Source: Yuukianura sp. NJ FZ-2021 (Eukaryota). Taken from it: a stretch of DNA of 64,000 nucleotides. Positions 60,801-64,000 of the stretch are shown here, piece by piece. Where the stretch lies: assembly GCA_046563655.1 (NCBI GenBank), contig CM102285.1:15066001-15130000 (forward strand). The letters run 5' to 3'. Positions within the stretch are counted from its first letter, which is position 1; every line of letters begins with the position of its first letter. A program made the translations under genes and the position numbers. A model generated the notes under the pieces. That model had not been told where the DNA came from. It was given only the letters and a program-made list of their open reading frames with translations, and ran no database searches.

Positions 60801-63800
60801 ATTTTCGTGGAAAGGAAAATAGTGAAATGCTGAATCCTTATTTTTTACTCCTCCACTTTCTCTTTTTTCGTGAATCGTAAAACACTTCCCTTGAGGTTTA
60901 CCTTTCTCAGAAGAAGAAAGTGGAAAAGTGAAGATTGAACTTCTCATGTCTCTTCATTCTGTTTATTTTGTCTCTTTTTTATTTCGTGTCTCTTTTCTTT
61001 TTGGTCATAAAAGATGAAACCACGCCACTCTTTGAACAATTTTTGCTTTCCCTTGCCAAGCTGCATTGCAGTTTGTTCATTTTAGAGTTGTAAAAAGCAG
61101 TGACATGGAGAAGTAGGAATTATGTTTCTGTTGTCATTTAATTTATCGTTTATCCTCATCTGCTCCAGCCATAAATGTGGAAATGGAATTTGTAAGCGAA
61201 GCACTTTAGATCAAAATCTTGTCTATTATTCACAAAATCATCAAATTTGCAAAACCAAGGTTCTCGTTTGAGTGGCTCTTAACATTTCTACCACTTTTAC
61301 GATGAATTAGGTTTTTTTATAGTTTCACAATTTACACAATTTTCAAAAAGTGCTAAAAACGGAGAATGAAGCTGAAAATGATGCTCCGATCCATGAAATT
61401 TTAGAACATTTTGAACTTTCCGACATTGGAAAATTTTCATTTCGTACAAAACTAATTTTTTGAAATTTTTTTCAGGTTTGATTTTGTTTCATCATCGAAT
61501 GGCGTTGAAGTTGTGTTTCACTCCGACTATTCGGAAACTTTGACTGGGTTTGAACTGATGTGGAGAGCAGTGGATGTGACGGAGTGTTTGAGCGGGAAAA
61601 GGATTTTGACGGGCCTTGGGAAGGAGGGGGCCCTTCAAGGGTCCCTCCATCAAGGGACCCTTCATCAAGGGTCCCTCCACTCACCGAACTTTCCCTACTT
61701 CAATCTCCCTCTGCTCAATTGTGTCTACACCATCGTAGCTCCAGGTAATTTCAAAATTCAATAAAAATCCAGCTTTGATCGTCTCATCTTCCAACACAAA
61801 CAGCTTCCGGAGGAAGGATTTAAAAAGTTAAGCGGCTTTACAATAATCTCACCCTCAGAAAACATTTTTTTTATTGAAAATTATGCGAAGAGAAGCAATT
61901 TTTGAAAAGAGAGGAGAGCAGTATCATATGCTGACAAATAATGATGGCAGTAGCGTCATAATCTTCAATCTTACTTCATTTGAAAAGCTCCTGTGAGAAC
62001 AATGTTTTGACGCAGAGAAAGTTTTCCAAAAACTTTTTTTTTGTTAGTTTAAGATAAAAAACTTTGTAACTTGCAAAAAAAATCGCAAAAAAATAACTCA
62101 TTTTTTGATCAAAACAAATTGCGTAGATGCTCCAGGAAGAGAGGAAAAGAGAAAAGACTCCTGGAATTCGCTGGACAAAGTTTCAAATCGCTGGGAAAAG
62201 GCCGAAATTTCTGGAAAAAGGTCTCAAATCGCTAGAAAAAGATGAAAGAAACTCAAAGAATGTTAAAGATTTAATTAATTGCATTGCCGGATCCTCTTGT
62301 CTTTTGATCCAAAACCACCCGCAGCATCCAGCATCTTTTCTCTCCTCCAGCATCCAGCATCTGCTCTTTCTCCACTTGAGTTGAGTGGAATCTAATTGGT
62401 TGTTTTGGCAATTAGGCTCGCTTTGAGGTTCCTAAGTTTACTCTTCGTTAGGTTAAGATTAGGTTGGTTAGGTTTAAGCTCCGGCTTTCCCAGAAACCTA
62501 AAATGTTTTCTGTTTTCAGTTGGATACAGAATCTGGTTGCATTTTGAAATCTTCGAGGTTGGAGAATCAGCCGGAGGACATGAGGGAGAGGAAGGTGGAA
62601 ATTCTGTTCTGGAAATTCCTGGAGAAGTTCCTGGAGAAATTCCTGGAGAAGGAAACAGTTGTACAGAGGGAGATCATGTGGTGATCAACCTGTTGAGTGA
62701 CACAGACTCTCTTGAAATGAGAACTCCAAGGGGACGGAGAGGTGACCTTGAGGTCAACACCAGAAATTCAATCCTCCTCTGTGGCAACTTGACCTCACTT
62801 CCGTTCCGAACGTCGTTCGTGTCATCGGCCGAGAAGCTCCGAGTCCAACTAATTTCCAAAGAGGGACGTCGAGGAAGAGGATTTCTGGGAAAATTTAAAG
62901 CAGTTTCAACTGGAAATTCTCCAGGAATCCAGGAAAATTTAGTCGTGAATCTCCAGCCCAACACTTCTCTCGTCCTCACTTCACTCAACTTTCCATTTCC
63001 ACCGCCCCCTCTAGTGAATGTGACGACTGTTCTCACAACTCCACCGAACTACATAGTTTCAGTGGAAATTAGGGGCGTGGTCACCCCCAACTGCCAGGTC
63101 AAGGTCAACTCTTTCCTGGTCATCCACGATCCCTATGTTGGAACAAATGGAACTTCTTGGATCATTTGTAACCCCAAAGTCATCTCATTTGGAAACTGGG
63201 ATGGTGGGGGGTCAGGGGAAACTGAGAATTATGTGCTGGCAGCATCCAGTACTTCGGATGTGCTGGTGAGGTCAAGAAATGTCCGCAGAGCACAAGCATC
63301 CAGTACTTCCTTTCACTCTACTTTCAACCGACTAGAGATTACGCAAGTATACAAAGGTCAAGGCCCAAGGACCAAGTGGAACGCACAAGTCTACACTAGC
63401 CTAGGTTAGTTTATAAAAAATAAAATCAAAATTTTGAAAAATTCCAAAATTTTGAATTTCAAAAAAAGCTTAAAAATTTTTGTTCAGATGAAAATTTCTT
63501 GGCGAAAGTTCGTTCCGGTGGAGATCGACTTCTACTGCTGGATGCTTGTACACCCAATCCATGCTTGAATGGAGGAAAATGCATTACCGATGGAGACAGA
63601 CACATTTGTAGATGTGCCTTGCCTTATACAGGTAAACTTGAATGGAACATCATAGCTCAATGGTTAGAGCTCTTCCCGGATTGAAGAGATACGGGTTCGA
63701 GTCCTCTCCGGTGATTCTTTTTTCTTCACTGCTTTTCTTTGTCTCTCAAGCCGTGTGGGTCCGCCTTAAACCCCAGATTGATTAATCGATTCTCTTAATT

Positions 63801-64000
63801 GATTAATTAACAAAATACTTACATTTTAAACCATTTTGATCCATCTAGGTCCATTTTGTGGTCTGAGTGTGTGTGACCTGAGTCCCTGTTTGTTTGGCGA
63901 CTGTTTTGTGGAAGACACTTCTTACCGATGTCAGTGCTACCTTGGATATGCGGGTGACAACTGTGACCGAAGGGCCAAACCGTGCATGCGTGACAGCAGA
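39823..64000 (+). CDS. Large extracellular multidomain protein with CUB, C-type lectin and EGF domains (3' end beyond the window)
   Basis: Phase-compatible exons 39823-40093 (signal peptide), 43609-43933, 45525-45598, 45678-46905, 48389-48489, 50134-50433, 50563-50758, 52920-53119, 58303-58401, 58515-58678, 58886-59029, 60427-60694, 61476-61744, 62520-63404, 63488-63631, 63849->64000. CTLD motifs (TWIEAEEEC, YWIGAND, QPND..QDCVEL, WNDRNC), CUB motifs (TPAYPSSYPDNTLC, CKYDSL, CLYDYV, FHSDYS) and EGF motifs (CTPNPCLNGGKC). Linkage of the first three exons is less certain. Confidence 0.88.
40728..40882. repeat. Five degenerate ~35-bp units containing AACCAATAGGAAA
   Basis: Core recurs at ~40729, 40763, 40801, 40834 and 40867. 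Confidence 0.7.
44356..44428 (-). other. tRNA-derived (SINE-like) relic with Pol III A/B-box-like motifs
   Basis: Minus strand reads CAGCCTAGTGG (A-box-like) ... GGATCGATTCCC (B-box-like) ... TTTTT; no intact cloverleaf. Confidence 0.45.
44703..45456. mobile_element. Non-autonomous foldback DNA transposon, ~245-bp TIRs, 7-bp TSD
   Basis: 44703-~44945 is the near-perfect reverse complement of ~45214-45456 (GTGGATAAGCACCG...CGGTGCTTATCCAC); TACTCTA is duplicated at 44696-44702 and 45457-45463. Confidence 0.93.
51061..52090 (-). pseudogene. Possible decayed antisense gene in an intron of the CUB/lectin gene
   Basis: Consecutive protein-like minus-strand segments (51988-51698, 51623-~51390, ~51320-51061) broken by stops and frame changes; includes three ~33-bp repeats (NSTGSIYSEQI/NDTGSIYENEV/NDAASIQSDEV). 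Confidence 0.4.
52643..52831. mobile_element. Degenerate GC-rich MITE-like element (G-tract left half, C-tract right half)
   Basis: Abrupt GC-rich island with CCCCGGG motifs, ending CCCGGGAAAACCCCTA; TIR and TSD are poorly preserved. Confidence 0.4.
53439..57479 (-). CDS. Nested antisense long coiled-coil protein, 16 exons, ~944 aa, with 11 tandemly duplicated exons
   Basis: Exons 57479-57205, 57086-56929, 56863-56684, 56613-56434, 56360-56202, 56138-55959, 55881-55732, 55634-55455, 55363-55184, 55104-54934, 54860-54681, 54601-54422, 54327-54136, 54050-53815, 53751-53668, 53588-53439 (2835 nt, open). Repeat unit VKEQQDLxxxLKEDxAAAExxAAKAKxELxEAVEAKKxSDLEFxxKIETITxENxKLSEL. Confidence 0.88.
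57715..57750 (-). promoter_or_regulatory. CRE palindrome (TGACGTCA) and CCAAT box upstream of the nested coiled-coil gene
   Basis: TGACGTCA at 57715-57722; ATTGG at 57746-57750 (CCAAT on the minus strand), ~240-270 bp upstream of ATG 57479. Confidence 0.5.
59101..59280. mobile_element. 180-bp MITE with 24-bp TIRs (hAT-like)
   Basis: CAGGTCATTAGTGCGAAAACAATA (59101-59124) against TATTGTTTTCGCGCTAATGACCTG (59257-59280), 1 mismatch; inner IR AGTTGGCAACA/TGTTGCCAACT; 8-bp flanks CCCAGTTC/CCACGTTC (6/8). Confidence 0.8.
59923..60003. repeat. Three copies of a ~28-bp unit (AGTACTGGCAGTACTTTCCGGAACAGAA)
   Basis: Directly visible tandem repeat. Confidence 0.85.
63646..63725 (+). other. tRNA-like pseudogene or SINE head in an intron
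   Basis: TAGCTCAATGGTTAGAGC (A box/D arm), TCTTC-CCGGATT-GAAGA stem-loop, GGGTTCGAGTCC (B box), then a T-run; acceptor and T stems are imperfect. Confidence 0.6.

Overview
AT-rich eukaryotic DNA with spliceosomal GT-AG introns. It is almost certainly arthropod: it has an insect-type gustatory receptor and scattered TTAGG-like tracts. A non-insect hexapod or crustacean is plausible but unconfirmed. Most entries in the ORF track are exon fragments or noise, so I rebuilt gene models by hand from splice sites; all complete models sum to whole codons. Left (1-17 kb): 5' part of a PDE1 gene (-) and an atypical calpain (+). Centre (18-39 kb): a compact cluster of SPOP/rdx (-), dysbindin (+), a FANCA-like gene (-), NDUFB9 (+) with an antisense gene nested in intron 1, FAM192A (-), ATG4 (+), MSS4/RABIF (+), a secreted low-complexity protein (-) and a gustatory receptor (-). 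Right (39.8-64 kb): one very large CUB/C-type lectin/EGF gene (+, runs off the window). Its introns hold a foldback transposon, MITEs, tRNA-like relics, a decayed gene and a 16-exon antisense coiled-coil gene built from tandemly duplicated exons. Best leads: a FANCA homologue that seems to encode only the N-terminal ~580 aa; the nested coiled-coil gene with transverse-filament-like architecture; a nested candidate peptide precursor; RFX X-boxes at PDE1; structured non-coding segments near SPOP and ATG4. All family assignments rest on recalled motifs, not database searches.
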